Shown here in pieces: positions 25,575-36,483 of a stretch of DNA of 38,506 nt. The notes below the pieces were generated by a model. It made no database searches. It saw nothing but the letters and a program-made list of their open reading frames with translations, and was not told the origin of the DNA. How positions within the stretch are numbered: the first letter of the stretch is position 1; each line of letters opens with the position of its first letter. This DNA is from a virus. Taxonomy: Duplodnaviria; Caudoviricetes. Location: the IMG/VR virus record IMGVR_UViG_3300020045_018958, positions 1-38,506 of that record. The stretch is one strand, 5' to 3'. The position numbers and the translations under genes are program-made.

Positions 25575-26276
25575 ATGATGATAGACAGAGTGTATCAAAC
25601 GGTTAAGATGCTGGGCAATACCGAAATCCGTGGAAATTTCAAACCTGCTGATTTTGACAAGGCTTTGTATCTGGTAATTCTGGAGAAGTTTCAGGAGTAT
25701 CCATTTGAATTAAACCGTGCTTTAAATAGGCAAAACCGAGGTTTAATTGGTAATGGTCTTGAAAACGTACCTGATGATATTCTTGAAAAAATGCAACATT
25801 TTTCAGAAGAAGCAATTTTGACTTTTGATACTGGAAAATTTATAATTCCTGACAATTGTAGAGATATTGATGCTGTTATGTATTTGGACAAACACGAAAT
25901 TGTTTTATCTAAAAACACCTCTGAATTCAATCATATAGCCAATTTTAAACATATTGCACCAACTATTAATTATCCTATTGGATTGCGTTCAGGAAACAAA
26001 TTAAAAGTGCTTCCTGCTACAATTATTGACGAAGTGACATTATACTACTTACGCAATCCTTTGATACCAAAATGGACATATGTGACGATCAACGCTACTG
26101 AAATATTCAATCCATCGGCTGGCGATTTTCAAGATATAGACATGCATCCGTCCGAAGAAGATGATATTGTTTCCCGTGTGTGTATCAAAATGGGAATAAA
26201 TCTAAAAGAAGCTGATTTGCAAATATCAGGAACCAATAGCGAAACACAGGAATTTAATCAGCAAAACGCGAACTAA
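25575..26276 (+). CDS. Tail tubular/adaptor (ring) protein
   Basis: IDRVYQTV..N...G...P..F; YLRNPLIPKWTY; DIDMHPSEE; first gene of tail module. Confidence 0.75.
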   Translation: MMIDRVYQTVKMLGNTEIRGNFKPADFDKALYLVILEKFQEYPFELNRALNRQNRGLIGNGLENVPDDILEKMQHFSEEAILTFDTGKFIIPDNCRDIDAVMYLDKHEIVLSKNTSEFNHIANFKHIAPTINYPIGLRSGNKLKVLPATIIDEVTLYYLRNPLIPKWTYVTINATEIFNPSAGDFQDIDMHPSEEDDIVSRVCIKMGINLKEADLQISGTNSETQEFNQQNAN

Positions 26277-27124
26277 TGGAAACACCCGAAGAATATTACG
26301 ATAACGAAGCTTCCCATGGAAGTTATCAATTCGTACCATTAAAAGAAGTTATTGACGGCTTGCTGACCGAAGCAAAACTGGATCCTGATAATTATTTGAA
26401 AAACACCAATCGGGCATTGATTATATATCACGCTAAAAATGGTATTAAAGAATTAACCAAATCAACTGCCAAGGCAACTTTGAAAATCGAAATGACTGTT
26501 GGTGCCAATTCCTGTATTGTAATGCCACAGGATTATGTGGATTATGTGCGTATCTCGGTTGTTGTAGTTGATCATTCTGGAGCAAGAAGACTAGAGGTTT
26601 TGGACATAAACAAAAATATCAACACCGCAACGGGTTATTTACAGGATAATAAATGTGAAATTTTATTTGACAACGATGGGAATATTTTAACAGCCGATGC
26701 TTCTAACGCTTATAACATTCCATATCAAAAATATGAGTTTTGTTCTTCTATTAATGGCAATGCTATGTTGGACACTTCAAAACTTTGTGCTTACGGAGAG
26801 TTTAGTATTGACGAAAACAACGGAAAAATTATATTCAGTTCCAATTTAATTGACAAAGAAGTTGTTGTTGAATACGAATCCGATGGTCTGCAATGGGAAT
26901 CCTTTGGTGAAGGCGATATTAAAGTTCACAAATACATTGAACAGGCACTAAAAGACTGGACGTATTACGCTTGTATTGAAAAAAGAGTAACTGTTTCTAA
27001 TAACGAAAAAGACCGTGCATTAAGAAGATACAAAACCACAAAGCATATTGCCAAAAAAAATAGAGCCGGTTTAGACCTAAATGAAATTTCAAGACAAATG
27101 CGAATCAAAACGAAACACTTGTAA
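26276..27124 (+). CDS. Tail structural (ring) protein
   Basis: MPQDYVDYVRIS, GKIIFSSNL..VVVEYESDGL; coupled to both neighbours. Confidence 0.72.
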   Translation: METPEEYYDNEASHGSYQFVPLKEVIDGLLTEAKLDPDNYLKNTNRALIIYHAKNGIKELTKSTAKATLKIEMTVGANSCIVMPQDYVDYVRISVVVVDHSGARRLEVLDINKNINTATGYLQDNKCEILFDNDGNILTADASNAYNIPYQKYEFCSSINGNAMLDTSKLCAYGEFSIDENNGKIIFSSNLIDKEVVVEYESDGLQWESFGEGDIKVHKYIEQALKDWTYYACIEKRVTVSNNEKDRALRRYKTTKHIAKKNRAGLDLNEISRQMRIKTKHL

Positions 27125-30100
27125 TGAGAAATATCAGAAGAACATTTGTCGCAGGAAGAATGAACAAAGATGTGGATTCTCGTCTATTAAAAGATGGAGA
27201 GTACCGTGAAGCCACCAATGTATTGGTAATGGATTCGGAAGGATCGGATGTTGGCGCTGTTCAAAATTCTTTGGGAAATAAAAAATTGACCAATATTGTT
27301 TTTGGCGCGAACCCTATTTGTTTGGGCGGTTTCCCTGACGAAGCTACTCAAAAATTGTATTGGGTTATCAAATCTGATTTAGGATGCTACTTATTAGAAT
27401 ATGATGTAAGAAACCAAACCGTTGCTAAAGTATTGGAAGATACCAGAGTTGGTGCTGCAAGAGTATTGGATTTTAAAGAAACCCATTTGATTACCGCTAT
27501 GAACAAAATCATAAGCGATAATAGTTTGAAAGATATGATTATTCTTAACGATGATAATATTCAGCCGTTATGTTTCAATATCGAACAAGCAAAAACGTAT
27601 GGACTAAATGGTTTTGACAAAGAAGATATTTTCTTAATCAAAAAACCGCCAAGATATGCACCAGCAACATTTCCTGTTATGGTCAATGGAGCCGGAAATA
27701 ATATTGAAGAAAAGTTTCTGTCTTTCAGTTACCGTTACAAATATTTGAATGGAGAATATTCAGCATTATCTTCCTACTCAAACTATGTTTTTTATCCAAA
27801 CAAATTCAAATTAGACTTTGAGGTTTTGGACAATATCGGTATGATCAATTCCTATAACGCTATTCGTCTGCAAATCAATACTGGCGATAAGCGGGTAACG
27901 GATATTCAAGTTGTTGTAAAAGGAAGTAATTCAAATATGCTTTACATTATTGAAACTTTCAATAAGGAAAATGAAGGTTGGGGCAACAACCAAACCAGAA
28001 GCTTTGTTTTTTCTAATAACAAAATCTACATTGCTCTTCCGGAAAAAGAATTGTATCGTGCTTTTGATAACGTTCCCTTAAAAGCCAAAGCCCAAACTGT
28101 AATTGGTAATAGGCTTGTTATGGGTAACTTTCTTGAAGGCTATGATTTGATTGACAAAAACAATGTAAAGGTAAAACCCAATTATAATTTATCTATTATA
28201 TCCGAAGATTTAGAAGGCAATCCAGTTCCTTTTTCAATATCTAGTACCGGAGGAGTTTCAAATAATTTATTGAATATTGATTTTACAGGACTTATTCTAA
28301 AATCAGGCAGTAAGATTAATTTATTCATTAGTTTAAATAGTATTCATACGCCACCGAGCACTCCTGTTTTGGATTCCAAAAACTACAATGAAAACTTCCA
28401 GTTCTTGTTGACCAAAGATTATGCGGATGCAGCCGAATTGGCGCAGGATGTTGATTTTATATTTTTTGTTACGGATTACATCACCAATTTGTTTTTGGCT
28501 AATTATACTATAACTCCTATTCCAAATTCTGAATTGGAGTCTAACACTCCGTTTTCGATTGATAGTTTTACGGCTACTAGTATTTCTATAAAATCTATTG
28601 CATTATTGTATCGTGTGGATGATACACCGCTGGATGATGGAGATAATCCAACAAACACTCACATCGAAACGGTAAATTGGAGTTTTCAAAATACTAGCAA
28701 CATATTATTTTATGAAATTGGATCCATTTCAACCGTAAAATCAAATAGAGGCTATGAGGTTGGATTGGTTTATTTGGATGAATTCAATAGATCAACTACG
28801 GTATTGACACAGTTGAACAACACTATTTTTATTCCTCACGATCTTGCTTTGTCAAAAAATAAAATAAAAATAAGTTTGTTTCATAATCCACCTGCTTTTG
28901 CAGACAGGTATAAAATTTCAATCAAACAGCCAAAATTAGCCTATCATATTATTTATGCCACGACTTTTTATATCGACGGATTATTTCGTTGGATAAAATT
29001 AGAGAACAACAACAAAGACAAGGTAAAACAAGGCGATATTCTCATTTTTAAATCCGATACGGATGGTTTTGTACCTACACTTACCAAGGTAAAAGTATTA
29101 GAAATTAAAGACCAGCCAAAAGAATTTATAGATGGAAATGTTGACGTAAACGGAAACGAAATAAAAGAACTTGCTGGTTATTACATGAAGATAAAACCGC
29201 CTTCAGGAATTTCTATGAATTATATTGATAACGGATTTATAGAAAAAAAAGGAAGTAAAAACAGCAAAGGCGACGACTTTAACATGTATATTGGTCCGTT
29301 TTCAGAAAAGAACACAACTACTGGTTTGTATGAAGACATTCCAATTACACAAGGGTCTAGAATAGATTTAACCCTACACAATGGAAGGAAATATGATGGA
29401 CAATGGAAGTATCTTGATTTTCCAAAAACCTATTATGCAAGTGCGGATTATGCTGATTTTCAATCATGGTATAACACAGAAGTAAATAACAATACAAGTC
29501 CTTTTATTCATCCAACAAATGGTGTTGTTAGAGGTGTACTTTCCTCTCGCTTTAATGTTTTTTCGCCTAGCACAACAGGCGCATTGTATCTTCAAATTCA
29601 TAATGAATTTAACGGAAACGGTCAACGTACATCCTACTTAAATGGTTCTGTAAAAATAATGGCTGCCAATGGTTTAATCATTCTTGAAACCGAAGAAAAA
29701 AAATCAATTGAAGAAGATATTTATTATGAAACGGCTCAAACATTTGATATTGTAAATGGATTGCACCAAGGCAATCTGCAAAATCAATCTAGCGGAATTC
29801 CCGCTGTGATTGATTTGGATTTTTTCAATTGTTTCTGCCAAGGTAATGGTGCCGAAAGTTATATTATTAAAGACGCTTTTAACAAAGACTATTTGAATAT
29901 TGATTTGCGTCCTTCTGCAGTTTCTATTGAAAAATACAAAGCCGTAAGAAGGTATGCTGATTTGACCTACGGTGATGCCTATATTGAAAGCTCCAATATT
30001 AACGGATTGAATGTTTTTAATACATCAACTGGTAATTTTAAAGAATTGGATAAACAATATGGCAGCATTCAAAAATTGCATAGCCGTGATAATGATATTC

Positions 30101-32094
30101 TGGTGTTGAAAGAATACAAAGCATCTAAAGTGATGTTTGAAAAAGGATTGATTTACAATAGCGATGGAAGTTCGAATGTAAGTACAATTGATAAAATTCT
30201 TGGTCCTGAATTAACTTATCTTGGAGATAACGGAATTGGCAAAAACCCCGAAAGTTTTTCCGAAAATGATTACCAGATTTATTATGCCAATACCAAACAA
30301 GGAACTATTTCAAGATTGTCAATAGATGGTGTTACTGATATTATTTATGGAATGGTAGATTGGTTTCGTGACATTTTTAGATTGCAGCCCAACTCTAAAA
30401 AACTAGGCGGTTTTGACCCTTACACTAAACAATACATGATTTCTATAGGTAACGAACCTGAAAAATTATTGTTTCTTAAATGTGGAAACGAAATTATAAA
30501 AGACAATCAAACCGGTTCTTTTAGCTATGAATTACAGTTAAATGATTTGAGTGGTGAAGTTATACTGAATTACAATATTACTTTTGGAAATGCCACCATC
30601 GTTGCTTTATTTGACGGTATTAGCAATGTGGTTTCAAATGTAACTGGCGTAGGCAATATTACTTTTGACAGAACAAGCCTTGTAGAGAACATTGTTTTGG
30701 TAACTATTACCGCTGTAAGTGAGACGATTAGTTATCAAATTGGTAACGTTTGTCCAATTGGTTCAGAGTTAAAAATTGTAAGCGTTATCGTCAATGATGC
30801 TACTGATATTGGAAACAACAGCGTAAACAGATTTCAATGGGGGTCCTCCTTTTTGTACAATACCGATGATGTGTTTAACAATGCTCCTGTAAGTAAATTT
30901 TTGACAGAAACAGGAATAGAAGGCGTTGGCAAATTCCCTTTGAATAATTCGGTATTTACCGTTCAGGCATTTAAGGATATGGTAACCTCTGGCGAGTTTC
31001 TTGTAAGTGAGTGCAACCGTATTGGTTATTTGATTTCAGATACTGTTTATACACAATCGGATATTAATGCCCTTTTATCAGCAGCTACTTATTTGGATAT
31101 AACCGAAACTAATGAAGTGGGGTATTACAAAATAAGTTCAGGAAGTTTTCTTTTTGCAAGAACAGAGCCTGATCAACTTTTGTATTTAATTTGGGATTAC
31201 ACCAACAGAAAACCTGTCTTGATTAATGATTTTGGCAGTACTTCTGTAGGAGGAAATACAACAATAACCGTTTTGTCTAATGACGATGTGATTGATGATT
31301 CGGTAGTTGTTACAATTGCAACCGCTCCTTCTTTCGGAACGGCTATCGTTAATTTAGACAAAACTATTACTTACACGCACGATGGTTCTGATAATTTTGA
31401 CGATACCATACTATATGAAGTTTCCAATGGTGTTTGTAGTTCAACTGCCAGTATTTTTATTGGAATCGGGTCACCTTGTTCTGGATCAATTTCTGCTTCT
31501 GGAGGTGCTGGAATTTATGAAGCCGTTATTAATGTAGGTACTGCTTTGGGACTAACAGGAATTAAATATGATGCACAAGGAGTTCCGGATAGATTTGAAA
31601 TTTATTACGACAATGTAAAAGTTGCAGATAGCAAATTCGTTGGTGATGGAATAACTCCAGGACCTCCAACTTCTTACAGCGGATTGTTAGGACTAAAATC
31701 AGGACTTCACATTTTTAATTATGATGGGGCAACCTTTGTGGACACTGGTAATATCGAGCCTGATTTTACTGTAATACAAAGCGATATAGCTGATAATGTT
31801 ACTGAAGCCATTGACGGAAACGGAACGCTGTTGTTTAATAAAACTACAGCAACTCCAACAACTATAAAAATTAGAGCCTACGGAGTTGTTGGTGGCACTG
31901 CATGGACTTTTGGAGGCATCTGTCCAATCGCAAGTGCTGATGTGGTTCCAGGAGCAGAAAAATTTGTGTTTGGATTCTTTACAGATGCGAATAAAGCATT
32001 GCAAACAAAATCAATGAAATTTTATCTAGGAACTTCGCCTGTGAAATTCTACACGAACGCTAAAGGAGATACTGATTTTAGCAGTTTTGCATAG
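27124..32094 (+). CDS. Tail stabilisation (nozzle/muzzle-like) protein with C-terminal Ig-like domains
   Basis: GRMNKDVDSRLL..GEYREATNV, FSYRYKY..EYSALS, GNRLVMGNF, YGSIQKL, GIGKNPESF; Big_9-like VLSNDD..PSFGT..ITYTH. Confidence 0.82.
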   Translation: MRNIRRTFVAGRMNKDVDSRLLKDGEYREATNVLVMDSEGSDVGAVQNSLGNKKLTNIVFGANPICLGGFPDEATQKLYWVIKSDLGCYLLEYDVRNQTVAKVLEDTRVGAARVLDFKETHLITAMNKIISDNSLKDMIILNDDNIQPLCFNIEQAKTYGLNGFDKEDIFLIKKPPRYAPATFPVMVNGAGNNIEEKFLSFSYRYKYLNGEYSALSSYSNYVFYPNKFKLDFEVLDNIGMINSYNAIRLQINTGDKRVTDIQVVVKGSNSNMLYIIETFNKENEGWGNNQTRSFVFSNNKIYIALPEKELYRAFDNVPLKAKAQTVIGNRLVMGNFLEGYDLIDKNNVKVKPNYNLSIISEDLEGNPVPFSISSTGGVSNNLLNIDFTGLILKSGSKINLFISLNSIHTPPSTPVLDSKNYNENFQFLLTKDYADAAELAQDVDFIFFVTDYITNLFLANYTITPIPNSELESNTPFSIDSFTATSISIKSIALLYRVDDTPLDDGDNPTNTHIETVNWSFQNTSNILFYEIGSISTVKSNRGYEVGLVYLDEFNRSTTVLTQLNNTIFIPHDLALSKNKIKISLFHNPPAFADRYKISIKQPKLAYHIIYATTFYIDGLFRWIKLENNNKDKVKQGDILIFKSDTDGFVPTLTKVKVLEIKDQPKEFIDGNVDVNGNEIKELAGYYMKIKPPSGISMNYIDNGFIEKKGSKNSKGDDFNMYIGPFSEKNTTTGLYEDIPITQGSRIDLTLHNGRKYDGQWKYLDFPKTYYASADYADFQSWYNTEVNNNTSPFIHPTNGVVRGVLSSRFNVFSPSTTGALYLQIHNEFNGNGQRTSYLNGSVKIMAANGLIILETEEKKSIEEDIYYETAQTFDIVNGLHQGNLQNQSSGIPAVIDLDFFNCFCQGNGAESYIIKDAFNKDYLNIDLRPSAVSIEKYKAVRRYADLTYGDAYIESSNINGLNVFNTSTGNFKELDKQYGSIQKLHSRDNDILVLKEYKASKVMFEKGLIYNSDGSSNVSTIDKILGPELTYLGDNGIGKNPESFSENDYQIYYANTKQGTISRLSIDGVTDIIYGMVDWFRDIFRLQPNSKKLGGFDPYTKQYMISIGNEPEKLLFLKCGNEIIKDNQTGSFSYELQLNDLSGEVILNYNITFGNATIVALFDGISNVVSNVTGVGNITFDRTSLVENIVLVTITAVSETISYQIGNVCPIGSELKIVSVIVNDATDIGNNSVNRFQWGSSFLYNTDDVFNNAPVSKFLTETGIEGVGKFPLNNSVFTVQAFKDMVTSGEFLVSECNRIGYLISDTVYTQSDINALLSAATYLDITETNEVGYYKISSGSFLFARTEPDQLLYLIWDYTNRKPVLINDFGSTSVGGNTTITVLSNDDVIDDSVVVTIATAPSFGTAIVNLDKTITYTHDGSDNFDDTILYEVSNGVCSSTASIFIGIGSPCSGSISASGGAGIYEAVINVGTALGLTGIKYDAQGVPDRFEIYYDNVKVADSKFVGDGITPGPPTSYSGLLGLKSGLHIFNYDGATFVDTGNIEPDFTVIQSDIADNVTEAIDGNGTLLFNKTTATPTTIKIRAYGVVGGTAWTFGGICPIASADVVPGAEKFVFGFFTDANKALQTKSMKFYLGTSPVKFYTNAKGDTDFSSFA

Positions 32095-32190
32095 CGGTAC
32101 GCTAAAATTCATAAACGATGGAGTAAACTGGTGGGAGATAGGTTCTGATGGAACTATCTTAAGCACAGGAACAATTTAATTTTAAACCAA

Positions 32191-32829
32191 ATGGCACAAC
32201 ATACTGTATCGCATTCAGAAAAATCAGAGGGATGGACTTCATTTTGGGGTTTTATTCCTGATTTGATGCTGAAATTAAACAACCGTTTTTATTCCATTAA
32301 AAATGGACAACTGTACTTGCATAATGACGAATCTGTTCCTCGTAATAATTTTTACGGAGTGCAGCATACTTCCAAGATTGACACCGTTTTCAATGAAGAT
32401 AATGGTCAGGATAAAATTTTCAAGACCATGGTTTTGGAAAGCAACAAGCCGTGGGATGTAGCTGTGGAAACTAATATGGCCAACAGCACTATTAAAAAAG
32501 AAGAATTCAACCAAAGAGAAAGCCATCAGTTTGCCTACTTACGTAAAAATGAAAATGCTAATGATTTGCACGGGAATACGGCTAATGGTATTGGAGTAAT
32601 TCTTAATGTGACAACCGTAGGAAGCACTAGAACAATAACCTACAGTTCTATTTCAAACTACATAAGTACTGGAGATAAATTATATCAACTCAACGGAAAT
32701 GAGCAAGAATTTCTTGGAATAATTGACACTATAGATTTTAGAACAGGAAAGATTACGGTGCAAATTAATTCTGTAAATCCTCCAGTTGCCAGAAAATTTA
32801 ATTCAAAATTTAACTTAAAATTCAACTAA
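32191..32829 (+). CDS. Tail structural protein ending in an F-x3-F-x3-F motif
   Basis: SEKSEGWTSF..PD.M..LNNRFYS..RNNFYG..KIFKTM.LES; ends RKFNSKFNLKFN. Confidence 0.7.
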   Translation: MAQHTVSHSEKSEGWTSFWGFIPDLMLKLNNRFYSIKNGQLYLHNDESVPRNNFYGVQHTSKIDTVFNEDNGQDKIFKTMVLESNKPWDVAVETNMANSTIKKEEFNQRESHQFAYLRKNENANDLHGNTANGIGVILNVTTVGSTRTITYSSISNYISTGDKLYQLNGNEQEFLGIIDTIDFRTGKITVQINSVNPPVARKFNSKFNLKFN

Positions 32830-32830
32830 A

Positions 32831-34144
32831 ATGACTAGACCAGAATTAGATAACTCGATAAATACCGTTTTTGACGATAATAGACCAAATGAAAGTTTGA
32901 ATCCATCATTAGCTGGAGCAGAATTAAAAAAAGTAGCAGATTATGTTGATCAAGAAAATAATAAAAAAGTAGATAAAGTTGACGGTAAAAGTTTAATTTT
33001 AAATACTGAAATTGCTAGATTATTAACTATTACGGCTATATTCACAACTGCTTTAAAAACCGTTTATGATAATGCAGTAACTTGGATTTCAACGAACGGT
33101 GCCAATGTATTGACTCACATAAACAATTTATCTACGAATATTACAACCGACGGCACTAGTGATGTAAAATATCCAAGTGTAAAAGCTGTAAAAACTTATG
33201 TTGACGCAAATACAATAGATACAGCATTTGTAGCAAAAACTTATACTTCAACAATGTCTATACCATACGATACAGACAGTCCAAATATAGAAATAACTTT
33301 ATCAGGTAATTTAAACTTAACAGTAACTGGTACTTCAAATGGTGATTTTGGAATAGTTAACATCTATTCAAGCGCATCAGAAACAATTATTGTAAATGGA
33401 TTAAAAGGATTATCGCTCACTGGAAATGGTTCTTCTCAAATGATACCTATTTCTTTTGTACATAGTACAGATGGAATAAGATGGTATGATGAAAGAGAAT
33501 CTATAGGAAGCGATATTGACACAGCAAATCTTGCAGAGTCAGTTGGTACAACATTGTGGCATCCAAACATTGCAACTTCAACAGGAACGGTTACAAGTTC
33601 AGGAACTAATTGGACAGGAACAGGAACGGCACTAACTGGACAGATGGTTGGAGCAAAGATTTTCATAGGTAGTGAATCTTTGATTATTGACACGATAAAT
33701 ACTGGAGCGCAAACATTTACAACTACCGAAGCATTACCAACAGATGTGACTAATTCTGCTTTTCAAATTAAATTAGTTGCGCAAAAAAATGTTGTTGGAA
33801 CGATTAGATGGTATGACGCTAATGAGGGATCTGAAAGAGGTACTTTTGAATCAGGAGGCGATTTTGTTTTTAATGGATTAAGAATGAGGTCTAACAATAC
33901 TATAGTGTCTAGTGCTTCACTATTTATTCAAGAAAATTCAGAAATTCATGGTAACAGATTTAGTTCTCCTTTTTTAGCTCATAAAAACACATTTTTAGCT
34001 AGTCAATTACCTATACTATCAACAACAGACAGGTATATTGCTTCGGTGTCAGATGCCGATACTCCTACTTACCATGGAATATTAAACGGAGGAGGAAATG
34101 TAAATTGTATTGTTTATTGGAATGGACTTAACTGGATAACATAA
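32831..34144 (+). CDS. Tail fibre protein
   Basis: T/S/G-rich; KVDKVDGKSL (similar to QLKVAGKSL in the 8902 fibre), YPSVKAVKTYVD. Confidence 0.72.
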   Translation: MTRPELDNSINTVFDDNRPNESLNPSLAGAELKKVADYVDQENNKKVDKVDGKSLILNTEIARLLTITAIFTTALKTVYDNAVTWISTNGANVLTHINNLSTNITTDGTSDVKYPSVKAVKTYVDANTIDTAFVAKTYTSTMSIPYDTDSPNIEITLSGNLNLTVTGTSNGDFGIVNIYSSASETIIVNGLKGLSLTGNGSSQMIPISFVHSTDGIRWYDERESIGSDIDTANLAESVGTTLWHPNIATSTGTVTSSGTNWTGTGTALTGQMVGAKIFIGSESLIIDTINTGAQTFTTTEALPTDVTNSAFQIKLVAQKNVVGTIRWYDANEGSERGTFESGGDFVFNGLRMRSNNTIVSSASLFIQENSEIHGNRFSSPFLAHKNTFLASQLPILSTTDRYIASVSDADTPTYHGILNGGGNVNCIVYWNGLNWIT

Positions 34145-36309
34145 TGAGAAATATATTTTGTCAAATGCTTAAAAGAAGAAGAATTAGGTCAACACCTATT
34201 ATTCCTCCAATTCCTGTTGTACAAAATCAATTGGAAGAAATAGCTTATTTTAATTCATATTTGCTACCATTATCGCAAAAAGCCAATCTGCAAAGTGCTT
34301 TAAATACCTATGGTTCTGTAAGACTGGAGCAAGGTGATTATTCTGGTTATCCGATAACCATAACAAGCAATCAAAGATTGTATGGGCATAACACTTTAAA
34401 TCCAATATCATTAATAACCGTAGCTCAAGGAAGTACTAATGTACATTTAGAAAGCTTAAATATTGATGGTGCTGGACAAGGAATACAATTTGAAGCAGGC
34501 AATCCAATAATAAATTGTACTATCAAAACTACAAAATACGGAACAATAACTGCTATAGGTGCTAAATTAGAAAATAATCTATTTATTAATATATTGAGTA
34601 GAATTCATTTTGATTTTAGTGCTACAGGTTATTACAGAAATAATAAATTCATTAAACAACAATCAGGAATAGTTTCACCTATAGTTTTAATTAAAGGAAA
34701 TAGTACAACTCCCAGTAGTGGAAATGTGCATTTTTGGACAAATTTATTAACCCCTTGGGGTGACGGGATGGTTCTTGATAATTTAGGAGATACTACATTT
34801 ATAGGAGTTGACGCTGAAGGTTGGAATGGTACAGGTTCTAGTGTTGGTAACAAAGCAGCTGTATACGCAAGAAACATGAGTAATTTTAAATTAGCTGAAG
34901 TTGGCGGTGCTAATGGTTATTCACCAGTTAAAACACCAGGTTTTGATATTCAGGCAAATAATTTATTATTAATACATCCCGCAATTGGAAGTGATGCTAT
35001 AAGTTTAGTTTCTCCAAATGCAAATGTTGTAAATGTTGGAGCTTATATGAATTATGCTAGGACTGCAGGAACCCAAACAGGTTATGATATTACTGCTCAA
35101 CGTTATCATTATCCTGATAATACTCAAGATGTCTTATATAATGGTGTAGTTCAAAGCACAATAACAGATCCAAGTACTGTGTCGACTATTAAAAATGCTT
35201 TTTTGGGCACAAAACGTACTCCTTGGGCAAAACCTAATTGGGAAACATTACCAGACCCTTTAGGAACTAATTGGAGAGCCGAAAGAGTAGGTAAATCTGA
35301 TAGTAGGTCTTATATTCAAAATTTAATAGATACTAATAATATTGCTGAATTACCAGAGGGAATATTTTATATTAGTTCAACATTATATGTTAGTGGTCAG
35401 AATCAAGGAATAATTGGCTCTGGTACAGGCAAAACTGTTATATGTGGTTTGACAGATGATTTTCCGCTAATAACTATGGTTTCTTTTGTTAACGGAATAA
35501 GTTATCATTTAGCCAATTTAACTCTTCAGGGCGGTAGTGCGGGTCAATTTTTTCCAGAGAATTATGTTGGGAATGCCTATATAAATACAAGATTTGTAGT
35601 GTTCAGAGACCAACAAATAGGTATTCACTATTATAAAATGGGTGGAACAGATAACTGCTTTTTTGATAATATTAGTTTTGTAAATTGTGGTGTTGGTATC
35701 ATGCAAGAACCAAAAATGATTACTGATAATGTTGATATTTCTGGATATATTGATAAAGTTGTTTATTATAAAAATCAATATATAAATTGTGGTATTGGTA
35801 CATCAAACAAAGCTATGAGAGGGAATAACTTAAATTCTTGGGTAGATTGTAAATACGATGGAAACCAAACAGCTTATGTTAATGGTAGTAATAACTTTTC
35901 AATAATGGCTAATTGTGATATAAGAAATACCAGTGGTGCGGATTATACTTTAGATGTAGGAGATTTATCACTATATAGTTGTAATTTTTATAATAACACT
36001 CCAAATGTATCTACTGCAAAAGCTGTGAATCTATATGCAGAGGGTTGTGAGTTTTTAGACAGTGTTCGATTTGCACAATCTGTTCCAAATAATGATAATG
36101 GTTTACTAGTATTAAATTCAATTATAAACGGCGATGCTGTAGCAAGAAATAGAACAGACGGTAAAAAAGATAATCTATTATTTATAAACACTACACTAAC
36201 TTCACACAGTGGTTTAAATAAATTTATGACTAAAGTAACTAACGGAACACCAACAGTAGTTATAAACTCCGAGCCAGACCCTTACCCTCAATTTTTAGTA
36301 ACGCAATAG
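34144..36309 (+). CDS. Tailspike/depolymerase with pectate-lyase-like beta-helix
   Basis: LQSALN..VRLEQGDY and IQNLID..AELPEGIFYISSTL..GIIGSGTGKTVI beta-helix starts; Asn/Cys ladders. Confidence 0.75.
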   Translation: MRNIFCQMLKRRRIRSTPIIPPIPVVQNQLEEIAYFNSYLLPLSQKANLQSALNTYGSVRLEQGDYSGYPITITSNQRLYGHNTLNPISLITVAQGSTNVHLESLNIDGAGQGIQFEAGNPIINCTIKTTKYGTITAIGAKLENNLFINILSRIHFDFSATGYYRNNKFIKQQSGIVSPIVLIKGNSTTPSSGNVHFWTNLLTPWGDGMVLDNLGDTTFIGVDAEGWNGTGSSVGNKAAVYARNMSNFKLAEVGGANGYSPVKTPGFDIQANNLLLIHPAIGSDAISLVSPNANVVNVGAYMNYARTAGTQTGYDITAQRYHYPDNTQDVLYNGVVQSTITDPSTVSTIKNAFLGTKRTPWAKPNWETLPDPLGTNWRAERVGKSDSRSYIQNLIDTNNIAELPEGIFYISSTLYVSGQNQGIIGSGTGKTVICGLTDDFPLITMVSFVNGISYHLANLTLQGGSAGQFFPENYVGNAYINTRFVVFRDQQIGIHYYKMGGTDNCFFDNISFVNCGVGIMQEPKMITDNVDISGYIDKVVYYKNQYINCGIGTSNKAMRGNNLNSWVDCKYDGNQTAYVNGSNNFSIMANCDIRNTSGADYTLDVGDLSLYSCNFYNNTPNVSTAKAVNLYAEGCEFLDSVRFAQSVPNNDNGLLVLNSIINGDAVARNRTDGKKDNLLFINTTLTSHSGLNKFMTKVTNGTPTVVINSEPDPYPQFLVTQ

Positions 36310-36315
36310 ACAAAA

Positions 36316-36339
36316 AAAACCACTCATTTGAGTGGTTTT
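36316..36339. terminator. Intrinsic terminator (potentially bidirectional)
   Basis: AAAACCACTCA-TT-TGAGTGGTTTT. Confidence 0.8.
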
Positions 36340-36483
36340 ACAATAAATTCGAGAAAAATTACTGACTACTTCATAATTTAAAATTTAAGATTTTTACTGT
36401 TTTTAGGAAATGTATGTTCTTTTCTTTGAACTACAAATTTAGTAAATAATTTCAAATTCATATACAAAACACAAAATAGTTTC

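Noticed and set aside
32092-32094. TAG stop-codon reassignment as in some crAss-like phages
   Set aside because: In-frame readthrough gives only a short implausible peptide, TAG ends other genes cleanly (13075, 36309), and long ORFs are uninterrupted under code 11
2599-36191. Other short ORFs nested within or antisense to long genes (e.g. 3939-4400, 6274-6582, 15101-15436, 16096-17254, 31699-32004)
   Set aside because: They overlap well-supported genes and lack independent signals
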